From assembly GCF_009914755.1 (NCBI RefSeq), contig NC_060925.1: a stretch of DNA of 64,000 bases. The stretch is one strand, 5' to 3'. Positions 14,935-39,372 of the stretch are shown here, one piece after another. Source of the DNA: the human T2T-CHM13v2.0 reference genome, Homo sapiens. The position numbers and the translations under genes are program-made. Numbering within the stretch: position 1 is the stretch's first letter; every line of letters starts with the position of its first letter. The notes beneath the pieces were generated by a model that was not told where the DNA came from, made no database searches, and saw only the letters and a program-made list of their open reading frames with translations.

Positions 14935-15426
14935 ATAAGGTACATTGGTTCTGAATAACAGCAACTAGCACAAAGTGATTTAAGCAAAAAGGGAAATTAT
15001 GTTAAGGATACGGTGTTTTCTCACAGAACTCAAGGACAAGAGTGTAGTAAGAGACTCTGGAAGCATCTAGTAGGTTCTAGAACCAAGGAATCAGGATTTT
15101 TTTTCTCTCTCTTTTTATCTCTGCAGATTAGCTTTCCCCACTTCTGTACCCATCTATGGCTTCTGATTTTATGTGGTACAGTTCCAGCCATGCTTAGGGA
15201 ACTACCTCCCTATTTTGAACCTCAATTCAGAATTTCTGAGATAGAATTTGATTGGCTTCACTTGGTTTGGGTCAAGCATCCAGTGCAATTACTTCTCTTG
15301 TGGCAAGATTGATTAGACTGCACTGGATGTCTACCAGGTGCCCATTCCTGTGGAGGGAGAGCCAGTTTTGAGAGAAAAAGGAGAAATTATTCTGAGATGA
15401 GCAGAAACCCTCAAGTATCTACCACA
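14935..15426 (-). mobile_element. Old MLT1 (J/K/L-like) LTR
   Basis: ttaagcaaaaagggaaatt...atttgattggc...tatctaccaca. Confidence 0.55.
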
Positions 15427-15701
15427 ATGATCTTGCTCAAATCCTTTCCCTAACTGAACTTGTTGGTTTACTTAAACTTCATCCCTCCTTAAAAGCCCAG
15501 GAAGAATCTCCAATTTGGAGACCATAAAAATTCCTTGATAGTCCAAATTATTTTTTAATCTCTATCCTTTCTGAGTGCTTATTTTCTGCCCTGTACAGTT
15601 TAGTTTTATGTTAAACAATAGGTCATTTTCCAATTGGTTTATTCAGGAAGCTTTTGATTTCCAAACTGATAAGCATTTTAAGGAAGAAGGATATCTCTTA
15701 A

Positions 15702-16006
<305 letters not shown>

Positions 16007-16344
16007 TCAAATTTCATTTCTGTACACTCCAAAGATGTTCAATTAATATAATGAAGTGATTAAAGTGCTTGATAACAGCTTTGAGTTCATTAAAAGTTAA
16101 CAGAACTCATTATGTGAAATGAAATTATTATATTTTGAGTTATTTTCCAATATATATTTTGCATAGAAACACTTTACTAATAACCAGTAGAACGATCCAT
16201 ATCTCTTAAAATACATTTCAAATTTATGAACAACTTTACGTCTCCGTCAACACATTTATTGAGTTCATTGTCATCTATCTCAGGGAAAATTGCATTAGAG
16301 TTTTACTTTATCTCCCTGTTGCTATTTGTTTCTTTCCAACGCAT

Positions 16345-17005
16345 TCTTCTCAAAGTAGCAAGAATCTTCTTAAAATACAAATCCAATTATTTCTCTGTTT
16401 AAAATCTTTCAGTGACTTTATATTTTCCTTAGAATGAAATCCAAACTCCTACCATAGCCCACAAAACCTGGTATCTGACCCGGACTTAACTCTTCAACCT
16501 CGTTTTTTAAAGGCTCTCTTCCCCTTGCTTGCTATGCTGTGAGCATCTGGTTTTTGTTCAGTTCAGTTCTGTTTTATTTTGTTTTGTTTTGTTTGCAGTT
16601 TGTCAGGCACATCAGGATCTTTCTCTTCTCAGGGCTTTTGCGCATGCTATTTATTGCCTCTGTTGGGAGAGCGGCAACCCCTGAAATGCTGCCTCTCCTC
16701 AGCTTTCAGCTGAAATGTCAGCATCTTTTCTTGACCTGACTTCTTGAACAGCCTGCCTTTGATCATTTTCCTCTGTTCTTTATTATTTCACCCTCATGTT
16801 TACTTTCTTTACAAAATATTCACAACTCACAACTATTTTCCTTCTCTCCTCATTTTTTGGTCTGCTCCTCCCCCTCACATAAGCTCCACAAATATGCAGG
16901 GACTGAGCTGGTTTTGTATTTTTGTTTTTTCCCTAATGTATCTCTAGCATCTCTCACAGGGCCTCGCATGTAGTTAACTGTTCAAAATATATTTGATTAT
17001 GTAAA
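16345..17005 (+). mobile_element. L2 3' fragment
   Basis: ccttagaatgaaatccaaactcctaccatagccc...ctcagggcttttgcgcatgct...taagctccac. Confidence 0.75.
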
Positions 17006-17032
17006 CAGAAGAGTAATATGATAGAATGCTAA

Positions 17033-17347
<315 letters not shown>

Positions 17348-17404
17348 TAGTAACTTTAAGTGGTTCCAGTGGTTTCTGGTGGTTCTATGATTGTCAGAAG
17401 GCGT

Positions 17405-17500
17405 AATCTCCCTCCTCCCTCTTTCACTCTCCAGTGGGTCCCAGTGTCTTTTGTTCCCTTCTTTGTGTCTATATGTACTAAATGTTTAGCTCCCACTTAC
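17405..17500 (-). mobile_element. Short L1 3'UTR fragment
   Basis: cccagtgtcttttgttcccttctttgtgtc...tttagctcccactta. Confidence 0.7.
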
Positions 17501-17838
17501 ACATTTGATCCTTTTGTTCTTTAGTTTCCCACACATAAGTAACATATAATCATACCCTATTCATTGGTTTACGGAAACATTGCTCATAAAGGCAATTTGG
17601 AAGTGTTGATGAGTGGCTATACTTCTAGTCAGGCATGCAAACTGTGTGAGTACATTTAAGAAAATGAAAAGCATACAGCCGGATGTGCCTTCCCCCTGAA
17701 AACTGAGAAATCTCTCTGTGCAAACCAGTGGCAGTTTGTCTGAGGACAGTGCATGATCATATGATGAAAAGATCTTTTAGCAAATCTTTATGAATTAATT
17801 TGTATTTCTTCTTTGATGTGCAAAAGGGACTAGTAGTT

Positions 17839-18107
17839 GGGGCGGGGTGGCTGACGCCTGTAATCCCAGAACTTTGGAAGGCCTAGGCAGGCGGATCACT
17901 TGTGCTCAACATGATGAAAGCCCGTCTTTACTAAAAATACAAAAATTAGCCGGGCATGGTGGCATAGGCTGTAGTCCCAGCTACTTGGAGGGCTGAGGCA
18001 GGAGGATTGCTTGAACCTGGGGGGTCAAGACTGTAGTGAGGTGAGATTGCGCCACTGCACTACAGCCTGGGTGACAAAGTGAGACCCTGTATAAAAAAAG
18101 AAAAAAA
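17839..18107 (+). mobile_element. Alu (AluJ-like) with left-arm deletion
   Basis: ggatcacttgtgctcaacatg lacks the B-box segment. Confidence 0.9.
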
Positions 18108-18369
18108 TGGACTTGTAAAATCTTAAGGGGCTGGAGAAAATAATCTTAAAATCGTGACTATAGGTTGCTGCTTTTTGTCTCTGTTTGGACTAATAAGATA
18201 TACACTACTACCAGAAGATTCCAAAGCCAATTGTTACAGGCCTGGAATCAAAAGGATATTATGTAGGATTGCATTTTGTTTCTAGAATTTCTTTTTCTAG
18301 CAGCTTGACATTTTGTATGTTAATAATACCTTATGCATTTACAACATTTTGCAACACATTTTCACATTC

Positions 18370-18540
18370 ATAAGCAAGGGAGACATTATCACTATTGTAG
18401 AGGTGTAGAAACAACAGCTCTAAAGTATCAAGTATTTTGCTCCGGGTCACAGAATTAGTAAAAGGCAATGTGAGTGGAGAGAGGTGCTCTCAAACTCCAG
18501 ATTTTTTGCTTCTGGCCCAGGGTTTATTCCACTACCCTAA
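18370..18540 (-). mobile_element. MIR
   Basis: ttgctccgggtcacagaattagtaa...ctcaaactccag. Confidence 0.6.
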
Positions 18541-19334
18541 GCCATCTCTCTCATAAGTGCTAAATGATAAACTGACATTTCCTGGTAGCACTAATAGAGG
18601 CTTGCAGATAAATAATCGAAATCATTTTACAAGCAGCAGAAACACTAAAAAAAAAATCTATAATTGTGTAAGCATCTCGAATATTGACCTGAGTGATCTT
18701 GCCAATATTCATATTTCAAGCCTCCTTTCTTTGGTTCATGGCTTATTCCAGTTTTGAAACATTTGATATGCTTTTAAAAATCATGACTCTGTTTTTAGAT
18801 ACAGTTCAGAAAGATACTTTTATTAACTATTTTGCCACATGAAGTTCAAAACTATCTTGGTTACCTAGTGCCCTCTGCTGAAACAGTCATAGTATAACAA
18901 ATTAGTAATAGAGGAACGAATTTCTTCTAAGAAACTGAATATTGATATTATGTCTCAGGATAGTAAAAACCCCCTAATTTTATAGTAATTCTTCAAGAAA
19001 CTCCTCATATCTAAGTGTATTAGATTATATAAATGAAGAATTTATATTACTAGTCCCTAACTCAGTGGCCAACTCACAGGACATTTAATAAATATTTGGT
19101 GAATTAATGTACATATACTTCAGTTTATTCTAGTGGTGCTCATGTGACAATCTACTGTGGCATTCCTTTGTGAAGCAGGATCATTCTTTTACAGTTTCAA
19201 TTAGTCTTGAGTAATTTTCTCTTGTACTCCTATAGCCCCGTGTTGAGACTTGGCAGCCATAGTGATTCCTCATATCTCCCCACCCCCACCCCCCAGATTG
19301 TTATTTTGGTTTTGCTCAAAATACACTGGAAGTT

Positions 19335-19565
19335 TCCAAGAGCTTAGACTTTTGAGTAAAACCGATCTGAGTTTAAATCCAGGCTCTGCCACTTTCTTTG
19401 ACAAATTACTCATCCTTTAAAAGGTTTCTATCTGTAGAATGGGGAAAATAGCCTAACTTATAGGATCATTGTGAGGATTTAAATGATGTAATGCAAAGAA
19501 AGGGCCCAGCACAACATGTGCCACTTAGCAACTGGTCAGTAATTGCCAGCTTTTATCTATAATTA
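19335..19565 (+). mobile_element. MIR
   Basis: tttaaatccaggctctgccact...tctgtagaatggggaaaatag...tgtgaggatttaaatga. Confidence 0.8.
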
Positions 19566-20076
19566 TTTTTCATATCTCACATTCTAACAATTTTCAGCCA
19601 AAAAGACTTGCCCTAGACTCCTTATCCTTTCAGGCCTCTTTACACTTATCAACCATTTTTATTAGTTCTTCCTCCTTCCTTGTGAAGATGGTAAAATGGT
19701 TTTCCTTTAATACAATGTGAGGAACCTGGAGCACAGAGGAAAAACTTGGGAATCATTGAAATGGAACAAGACAGGAACAAACAAGTTTTTATTGTTTATT
19801 TCACTACACTAGTTTAAAGGAGTCGGTCACATTTTAATATAATTTAATTTTAACAAAGGAAACATCTTGGGTTTGTTGTGTTTTCTAAATTTACTTTAAA
19901 TTTTTGTCACATTAATGTATGCAGATAGTTTTAAAAGCCAAAAAGGATGATAAGGCTTGTAAAAAATGGAGTTCCTGGTCCCATCCCTCCCCCGAAATGG
20001 CCCCCTCCCTCCATTCCCCAGCAATCACTCTTTCAAGCCATTTAGCTGGTGTATTAGTGTTCTCCTGAGAAACAGA

Positions 20077-20834
<758 letters not shown>

Positions 20835-21489
20835 TTATCATCTAGCATAGGGATGCTATCTCTCCTTTTATCTCTTTGAAGATGTTAAAGTATGGGTTTT
20901 TTTTTTAACTGTAATTTTTTTTTTCTGTTACTACTTGTCTCAGTTTTCTCCAAGTTCCTTTTGACCATTTCTTTTGGTTTCTTCCATATTAGACTTTCTT
21001 CAAATGTCTGATGATTCTTGGCTGTTCATTTATAGTTAAGAGTTAGAGATAAAAATGCTCACTTAAATCTTAGTGTGTTTGAAGCTTTTCAAAACTAGTG
21101 GGTTTCACTGTAGGGATATCAGACACAGTTCAGATTGCTAGTTAATTTCCTCAGAGAGAAGTTCTCTAATTAAAAAAAGTAAGCCAAACCACACAGTGCA
21201 CTTAGTGACATAGTAGATTTACATTCTTGCACAAATTCCATATCTTGTTGTAGACCAATAATGAATACCAGTTTGTGAACCAAACATTGGGTAGCAACGT
21301 GTTAATCGCGCTCTAAGGAATGAAACCCTGGATGTCAACATCATGGAGCTCAATTGGGGTTTAAATATATTACTTGGAATAGGTAGATTTTCATTTGCTG
21401 CACATTTACTAATTTCAGTAAATTACTCATACCTTCAGATATTCCTGGTGTCTCTGAGTCTACCTTTTCTCTGCTTCAGACTTTCCAGA

Positions 21490-22226
21490 TAATAAACCTC
21501 CAATCTAATGGTGTGATTCTCAAATTCTAACTGTACTAGAGTCCCATGGAGGGCTTGGTAAAACACAGGTGGCTGGATCCCATTGAGGCAGGAGAATAGG
21601 GTCTGGAGGCAGGGAACGTAAGGCTGTTTCACTCTGACTTCCTAGAACTAAATTGAAAGGAAAACCCTAACTTTGCACACCTAAGTAACAAAAAGAGCAG
21701 AGGCTACTCCCTTGGATCTTTTCTGCGTGGCAGATGGGAAATTTGCTGTCTACAACAAATCATGCTGAGTGCGGGTGGAGTCTTTGTTTGCAACTTTGTA
21801 ACTTCACTCCAGCGTCTGAATGGTTGCTTTCTGCAACCAGTCAGACTGAGCGGGGGATACCACTTCATTTACATGAGGTTAGCATGAAGTGGCCAATGGG
21901 AAGCTTCTAGGGGGCCCAGGAAGATTCTGTATCTGGGCCCTTGAGCCACTGCTTGGGTCTGCTCCCACACCGTGGAGTGTACTTTCTTTTTCAATAAATC
22001 CTTGCTTTAGTTCTTTTGTTGCTTCGTTCTTTCTTTGCCTTGCTGGGTGTTTCTTCCAATTCTTTGTTCAAAACACCAAGAACCTGGACAACTTGCAGTC
22101 ATGACTCTCTACCGGTGACACCATCTCTAGAGTTTCTCATTCAGGAGGTCAGGGGTGAAGCATGAGAATTTGTATTTGTAATTTTCTATTGCTGCTGGTA
22201 CAGAGACATCACTTTGAGACTACTGA
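21490..22226. mobile_element. MER5A-like hAT-Charlie MITE split by MER51
   Basis: gtgattctcaaa...ggagggcttggtaaaacacag | agagtttctcattcag...cactttgagactactg. Confidence 0.7.
21584..22120 (+). mobile_element. MER51 (MER51B-like) ERV1 solo LTR
   Basis: TGAGGCAGGAGAATAGGGTCTGGAGGCAGGGAAC...AATAAA...CCGGTGACA; 4-bp TSD ccat. Confidence 0.88.
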
Positions 22227-22420
22227 TTGACAGCCTATGTGGGTTGAAAGAAGGCATCTACAAATGACCTTCCCTCCTTATAGTTCAACCAGTTCTTCTA
22301 TTTTCAATACCATACTTACCCCTCCTCTGGAGATACCTGTGCCTTCAATTTAAGAACCATTCCAGGGTGCTGCAACAAAATTAAGCTTACTACTTTCTGG
22401 ATTCACACTCCCACCTCCAA

Positions 22421-22422
<2 letters not shown>

Positions 22423-22460
<38 letters not shown>
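22423..22460. repeat. (CA)n microsatellite
   Basis: Directly visible. Confidence 0.97.
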
Positions 22461-22461
<1 letters not shown>

Positions 22462-22807
22462 CTGTAGGCTTAAATTTTGGCTTTTTCAGTTCTCTGAAGT
22501 CAGTTCTCTCTAGTCGATCCACTTTTCAGCTTCTAAAATTTTACTGACACATCTTAGCCACTATAGTCTCCTCTCCTGGGCTTTTAGTGCTTTTGAGCTT
22601 ATGCCTTTTTTTAAAAAAAATTGTGACATTTTGGTATAAGCAATGAAATGAACACTTGCTTCAAAGTGGCATGTTTAATAGGAAGTCAATGCAGGAAGCT
22701 ATAAAGGAGAAACTAATAGTTACCTTCAAATTTCACCGTTCAGAAATAATCATCATTGACATTAGGTAAACATCTTTCCCTGAATATATACATGTAAAAA
22801 ACAGAAG

Positions 22808-23116
<309 letters not shown>

Positions 23117-23254
23117 TTATTTTTATATGTGATTATATTATATGTGTTTGTTAAAATTTATTTAATTTACTTAAAAGGAAAATTTTAAAAGTGAAAAAAA
23201 TTACTGAATTACAAATAAATATTTTTTCTCCAAAGTGATATTAGTCCTCACTGG

Positions 23255-24343
23255 GGGCATCGCATCATCTGACTTTAAAATCTGCTACAAAGCTATAGTA
23301 AGCAAAACAGCATGGTAGTGGCATAAAAACAGACACATAGACCAATGGAACAGAATAGAGAACTCAGAAATAAATCCATACATTTATAGCCAATTCATTT
23401 TCGACAAAGGCACCAGAAACATATATTAGGGAAAAGACAGTCTCTTCAATAAATAGTACTGGGAAAACTAGATAACCATATGCAGAATAGTGAAACTAGA
23501 CCCCTATCTCTTTTGACCATATACAAAAATCTAATCAAAATGAATCAAAGACTTCAATGTAAGACCTGAAACTATGAAACTACTAGAAGAAAACATTGGG
23601 GAAATACTCCAGGTCATTGGTCTGGGCAAAGATTTTTTGAGTAAGATTTCAAAAACACAGGCAACCAAAGCAAAAATACACAAACGAGATTACATCAAGC
23701 TAAAAAACAAACAAACAAAAAACCCTTCTAAACAGCAAAGGAAATAACAGAGTGAAGAGACAACCTACAGAATGGGAGAAAATTTGCAAACTATCTATCT
23801 GATGACACATTAATAACCAGAATATGTAAGGAACTCAAACAACTCAATAGCAAAAACAACAACAATGAAACCAAATATCTGATTTGAAAATGGGCAAATA
23901 AGCTGAATAGACATTTCACAAAAGAAGACATACAAATAGCCAACAGGTAAATGGAAAAATGCTCAACATCACTAGTCATCAGAGAAATGCAAATCAAAAC
24001 CACAATGAAATATCATCTCACTCCAGTTAAAATAGGTATTGTCAAAAAGACCATTTGTTGGCAAGAATGTGGAGAAAGGGGAATGTTCACATACTGTTGG
24101 TGGAAATGTAAATTAATATGGCTACTATTACAGTGGCTGTACACTATTACACTACGTAAAGGAAAACAGTATGGAGATTCCTCAAAAACTAAAAATAGAT
24201 CTTCCATATGATCTAGCAATCCCACTGCTGGGTATACATCCAAAAGAAAGGAAATCAATATCAAAGAGATATCTGCACTCTCATGTCTACTGCAGCAGTA
24301 TTCACAATAGCCAAGATTGTAAACAACCTGTCCACCAACAGAT
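23255..24343 (+). mobile_element. L1M ORF2 C-terminal fragment
   Basis: aaaaacagacacatagaccaatggaacagaatagag...agagaaatgcaaatcaaaaccacaatg. Confidence 0.92.
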
Positions 24344-24419
24344 GTAAGGGTACTTCTCTGTAGAGTTTAAGAAAAAGAAAAAGAAAAAACAAAAACAAAC
24401 AAAAAACAAAAACCAAAAA

Positions 24420-26940
<2,521 letters not shown>

Positions 26941-26988
26941 CAAAACTCCATCTCAAAAAATAAATAAATAAAAATAAATAAAAAAGCT

Positions 26989-27425
<437 letters not shown>

Positions 27426-27857
27426 TAGTGCTATTGTGAATGTTGGGCCTTACAATTTTCAATTCTGACTTTTTTTTCCTAGTATTTAGAAATACAATTA
27501 ATTTTTGAAATTGATCTTGTAACATTCAACTGTGCTGAACTCATTTATTAGTTCCAGCAGCTTTTTTGTACATTCTGTAGAATTTTCTACTTAAAATTAT
27601 GTCATCTGCAAGTAAAGGCAATTTAATGTCTCCTTTTCCAATCTGGATATATTTTATTTATTTTTCTTGCCTTAATATACTGGCTTTCTTTAGTACAATG
27701 TTGAATACAAGTGGTGAGAACTTACATGCTTCCCTTACTCCTTATGTTAGGGAGCAACATTCAGTCTTTCACCATTAAGTATCAAATTAGCTTCAGATTT
27801 TGAGGGGTAACTTTTATAAAGTTGAGGAAATGTTATTCCTTTTAGTTAGATAACATT

Positions 27858-28497
<640 letters not shown>

Positions 28498-28979
28498 CTG
28501 GCAGATTTAAAAAAAAAAATCAGGAACAGATATTGGATTTTTGTGAAATCTTTTTTCTGCATCTACTGAGATGAACATATAGTAGGTTCGTTTTTTGTTT
28601 GGTTTGGTTTTGGTTTTCTTCTATGGTAAATTCCATTGATTTTCAAATGTTAAACCAAACTTGCATTTCTGAGGGGAAATTCCAGTTAGGCATAATGTAT
28701 TACCATTTTTGGACATTGATTCAACTCAGTAAAATTTTGTTAAGGCTCTTTTTGCATTTATGTTCATGAGGTATGTTGGTCCTTAGTTTTTGTTTGTTTG
28801 TATGTTTGTTTGAGTCTTGTAATTGTTGTATTTTGGTGTGAGAGTAATGCTAGCCTCTAGTCTCATAGGATGAGTTGGTATTTTATTCTTCTCAAATTTT
28901 TGGAAGAATTTGCATAGCATTGGTCTTATTTCCTAAATGGTAGAATTCACCAAATAACTTAATTGTTAAAATTTGTTTA

Positions 28980-29547
28980 ATTTTTATGTTTTAACTTTTA
29001 TTTTAAGTTCAGGGTTATATATGTAGGTTTGTTATATAGGTAAACTTATGTCATGGGGGTTTGTTATACAGATTACTTCATTACCCAGGTATTAAGCCTA
29101 GTATCCATTAGTTATTATTCCTGATCCTCTCCCTCCTTCCAACCTTCACCCTCTGATAGACCCCAGTGCCTCTTGTTCCCCTGTATGTGTCCATGTGTTA
29201 TCATTTAGCTCCCACTTATAAGTGAGAACATGCAGTATTTGGTTTTCTGTTCCTTTGCTAGTTTGCTAAGGATAATGGCCTCCAGCTCCATCCATGTTCC
29301 TCCGAAGGACATGATCTCATTCTTTGTTATGGCTGCATAGTATTCCATGGTGTATATTTACCACATTTTCTTTATCCAGTCTACCATTCCTGGGCATTTA
29401 GGTTGATTCCATGTCTTTACTATTGTGAATAGTGCTGCAATAAACATATGCATGCATGTATCTTTATAACAGAACAATTCATATTCCTCTGGGCGTATAC
29501 CAGGTAATGGAATTGCTAAATCAAATGGTATTTCTGTTTTTAGGTCT
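28980..29547 (-). mobile_element. 5'-truncated L1PA/PB 3' end
   Basis: ttttaagttcagggtta...gctcccacttataagtgagaacatgc; flanked by tcaccaaataa. Confidence 0.9.
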
Positions 29548-30935
29548 CACCAAATAATTTATATGAGCCCGGAGTAGTTTTATTTTAATAGGAAGATTTT
29601 AACTACAGGTGCAAGTTCTTTAATAGAAATGGTGCTATTTGGGATTCTCTTTCTTTTGTGTATGCTTAGGTAGCTTGTATCTCTCAATGAATTTGTCCAT
29701 TTCATCTAAATTGTTGAATTTATTGGCATTACATTGCTCCTAATTTCCTTTGTTTTGCTTTTAATACCTGTGGATTCTGTATTGATATCACGTCCTTATT
29801 CCTGACATAGGCAATTTGTATCCTCTCTATTTTTCTTTTAATTCCTTCCTTCCTTCCTTTTTTCCTTTTCTTTTTCCTTCTCTTCCTCCTCCTTTTACAT
29901 CCAGAATACACACTGCAGTTCCTTTCTTCCTTTTACTGATCAGCCTGGCTAGAAGATTATCAATTTAGTTGATCACAAAGTAACAGCTTTTGGTCTCATT
30001 AATTTCCCCCATTACTTTTCTGCTTCTGTTTATGCTCTTTATTCTTCTTATTTATTTTTGCTTACTTTGGGTTTCATTTACTCTTTTCATTTCTAGTTTA
30101 TTAAGGAGGAAGCTGATGACACTGATTCAGTTCTTTTTTTCTAATATAGGCATTTAGTGCAATAAATTTCCCTCTGAGTACTGCTTTAGCTACATTTCAC
30201 AAATATCAATATGTTGTCATTTTGTTTTGACTCAACTGAAATTGTTTTCTGATTTCCCTTTCTGATTTCTTCTTTGACCCTATGGGTTGTTTAGAAGTGT
30301 GTTATTTCATTTACAACTATTTTGAAGGTTTTTTTCAGATATTTCTATTTTTGATTTTTAATTTGATTCCACTTTGGTCAGAAAACATACTTTATATGAT
30401 TTGAATCCTTTAAATTTATTGAGATTTTGGGGGGGCTCACAATATCATCTGTCTTAGTAAATGTTCCATGTGCACTTAAAAAATATGTATTCTGTTGTCA
30501 TTGAATGGAGTGTTTTATAAATTTCAATTTTGTCAAATTATTCGATAGTGTTGTTCAACTCTGTGTCTTTGCTAATTTTCTGTTCACTTGTTCTATCACA
30601 TATGGAGAGATGGATATCAAAATCTCTGACTATAATTGAGGATTACATCTATTTATTCTCAGTTCTATCAGTTTTGCTCCTTGTATTGTGAAAATGTGTT
30701 ATTAGGTCCATAATTTAGGGTTATTATTTCCTCTTCATGAATTGACTACTGTATCATTAAAAATCATCTTCTTTATCTCTGGTAGTACTTTCTAAGTACT
30801 GAAATATTTGCCTATAACTACTCCAGTTTTCTTTTGATTAGTGTAAGCATATTATATATTATTCTATTCTTTTACTTTTAATGTATTTGTATTTTTATAT
30901 TTAATGTGGGCTTCTTGCAGGTAGGATATAATTGA

Positions 30936-31252
<317 letters not shown>

Positions 31253-31311
31253 TACTCTGCCTTTTAATGGAGTATGTTTAGACCATTTATATTTAATGTA
31301 ATTATCATTAT

Positions 31312-31466
31312 TATTTTTATTAGAGATAGTCTTTCACTTTCACCCAGACTGGAGTGTAGTGGTGTTATCGTTGCCATTGCAGTCTTAAACTGTTGGACTC
31401 AAGCAGTTCTCCTGCCCTGGCCTCCCACAGTGTTGGGATTACAGGAGTGAGCCACCATGCCTGGTC
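31312..31466 (-). mobile_element. Alu monomer-length element
   Basis: TSD ta(t/c)attt(a/c)atgtaatt. Confidence 0.8.
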
Positions 31467-31525
31467 TACATTTCATGTAATTTTTTTTTTTTATGTTTTG
31501 CATTTCTGTGTTTCTTTTCTATGTC

Positions 31526-34056
<2,531 letters not shown>

Positions 34057-34466
34057 CTGTCTGTTCTGGCACGCTTCTAACGATATCAGAATCGTCTGGA
34101 TCAATGATAGACAACATGCATACTCTGCAGTATTTACCACATGCTATGCCCAATTCAAAATTATTGTCACTGTAGTGATGGACACCAGTTTTGGTCAACA
34201 TGGTATAGTACTCTATTTTGGATTTCCTCAAAGCTGGACAGTTTTCAGTGTGGATAGCCAATTTTGCTTTGCCTTGCCTGATCATCTTTAGAGTCTGCTT
34301 GTACCCCAGTATGTACTTTCCACTTTTTATAACAAGTAGAAGCCTAGAGTTGATCCATTCCACTGACTTTTTAATCTTCTTTGCAAGCACCATCTTCCTG
34401 CATTAGGTGTGGGATGGCCCCCAAACAAAAGCAGCTGCCAAGGTAACTGGGAGGCAAGAAGGGAAG
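34057..34466 (-). pseudogene. RPL30: Processed pseudogene of ribosomal protein L30 (5'UTR plus ~113 codons), fused to L1
   Basis: Intronless [10 protein letters not shown]...[23 protein letters not shown]...[18 protein letters not shown]; ~80% identical to RPL30 as recalled; TOP-like cttcccttct 5' end; last codons and 3'UTR absent. Confidence 0.95.
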
Positions 34467-34499
34467 ACCTAGAATTTTTCTAAAGCAAAACTTTGATGG

Positions 34500-35560
<1,061 letters not shown>

Positions 35561-35629
35561 TGGGAATTAATTATTATTGTGAGTTTGGGGTTGATGCAGG
35601 TCTTGAGGAGAGAATTGTTTTTTTTTTAA

Positions 35630-36380
35630 TTGGATATTGTCAGAATATAGATTGTATTTAAGCCACAAGATTGGATGTGACCATCAAGACAGTGAGCATA
35701 GATAGGAAAGAAAAGAGTTGCAAGGGCCAAACCCAATATTTAGGGATCGGGTTGAGGGAAATGGATCAGCAAAGGAAGAATGGCCAGTGAGGTAAGAGGA
35801 AAACAAACCCTGAAGCAAGTGTAGAATGTATTTAGCGGAGAAAAGAAAGATCAATGGTCTGAGAGTTAACCATTTGATTTGGCCACAAAAAGGTTATTGG
35901 TGACCTTGGCAGGCAGTTTGAGTTGTGACGAGGGCAAAACCCTAACTGGAGTAGGTTTAAGAGAAGACACGGAAGGAACTTGTAGACAGAAAATACAGGC
36001 AACACTTATGAAGAATTTTGTTGTATCAAAAGTAGAGAAATGGAATGTAAGCTGCAGGAGGATGTCAGGTCAAAGGAGGACATCTCTCTCTTTTTAGAAT
36101 GGGGGATTTTTCAGCATGTTTCTGTGCTCATGTGAATGATCCAGTAGAGACAGAAAAACTGATGCAGGAGGGTGAAGGGAGAATTACCAGAGTAATGTCA
36201 TCAATGAGGTGAGATGAGAAGGAATGGGATATAGTGTTGCAATGGAAGAGTGGCTTTAGGAGAAAAGACAGTTCATTTTTATAAACAGGAGGAAAGGCAG
36301 TACCTGGGCACAGATATAGGATGGGTAGATATGATGATGGTAGGAACCTGTGGAAATTCTCTCCTGGGTGCTTTTTATTT
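35630..36380 (-). mobile_element. L2 fragment
   Basis: tggccagtgaggtaagaggaaaac...aggttattggtgaccttg...aatgatccagtagaga. Confidence 0.75.
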
Positions 36381-36384
36381 ATTT

Positions 36385-36930
36385 TTCACTAATTAATTTT
36401 ACTGAGATATAATTTGCATACAGTAACATGCACAGATCTTTTGTATATAATCTGATGAGTTAAGACAAATATACCCTTCTGTGTAAAAAACACCCCAGTC
36501 AAGACAAACCCAGAACATTTCTGTCAACACAGCAAGTTCCCTCCAGCCCTTTTCCAGTTAATCCCCTCATCCTCCTCCTTGCCACCAACACCCCCTCCTA
36601 CTGCCCAAAAACTCCAGGCAACAACTCTTTTGATTTTTATCACTATAGACTAGTTTTACTAGTCTTAATCTTCACACAAATAGAATAATAAAATATGTAG
36701 TGTTTTCTGGCTTTTTTTCCTTAATATGATGTTGTTTTGAAGTCACCTATTGTATTATATATATATATCAATAGTTTATTATTTTATTACAGAGTAGTAT
36801 TCCATAATACAAATGTACCACAGTATGTATATTCATTCTCCCATTGAACATTTGGATTGTTTCCAGTTTTTGGTTTTTGTGAATAAAGCTTCTATGAACA
36901 TTCTTAGGCTAATCTTTTTGACAATTGTTT
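36385..36930 (-). mobile_element. L1MB/MC 3'UTR fragment
   Basis: actgagatataatttgcatacagtaacatgcacagatctt...catttggattgtttccagtttt. Confidence 0.82.
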
Positions 36931-36939
36931 TTAACTCCA

Positions 36940-39109
<2,170 letters not shown>

Positions 39110-39161
39110 AAGATTTATTTCTTAAAATTTATTTTTCTTACAAAAATTTTTTTTCATTGTC

Positions 39162-39222
39162 GGGGACTTTCTGGTAAAGACCAGAAAACCTGCTAGACAA
39201 ATTTTAAAAGAGCTTTAATGTG
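39162..39222 (-). pseudogene. RNU7: U7 snRNA pseudogene
   Basis: Reverse complement ttaaagctcttttaaAATTTGTCTAGcaggttttctggtctttaccagaaagtcccc: U7-type Sm site and 3' hairpin, followed by A-rich sequence. Confidence 0.9.
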
Positions 39223-39244
39223 ATTTATTTTTTATTAAAAAAAA

Positions 39245-39372
39245 GTTTTTAGACATGGGTTTCACAATGTTGCCAAGACTGACCTTGAACTCCTGGGCTC
39301 AAGCAATCCTCCCACCTCAGCCTCCAGAGTCCTGAGTAGTTGGGACTACAGGTAAAAGCCACTGTGCTCGGC
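39245..39372 (-). mobile_element. FLAM/Alu monomer
   Basis: aactcctgggctcaagcaatcctcccacctcagcc. Confidence 0.82.
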
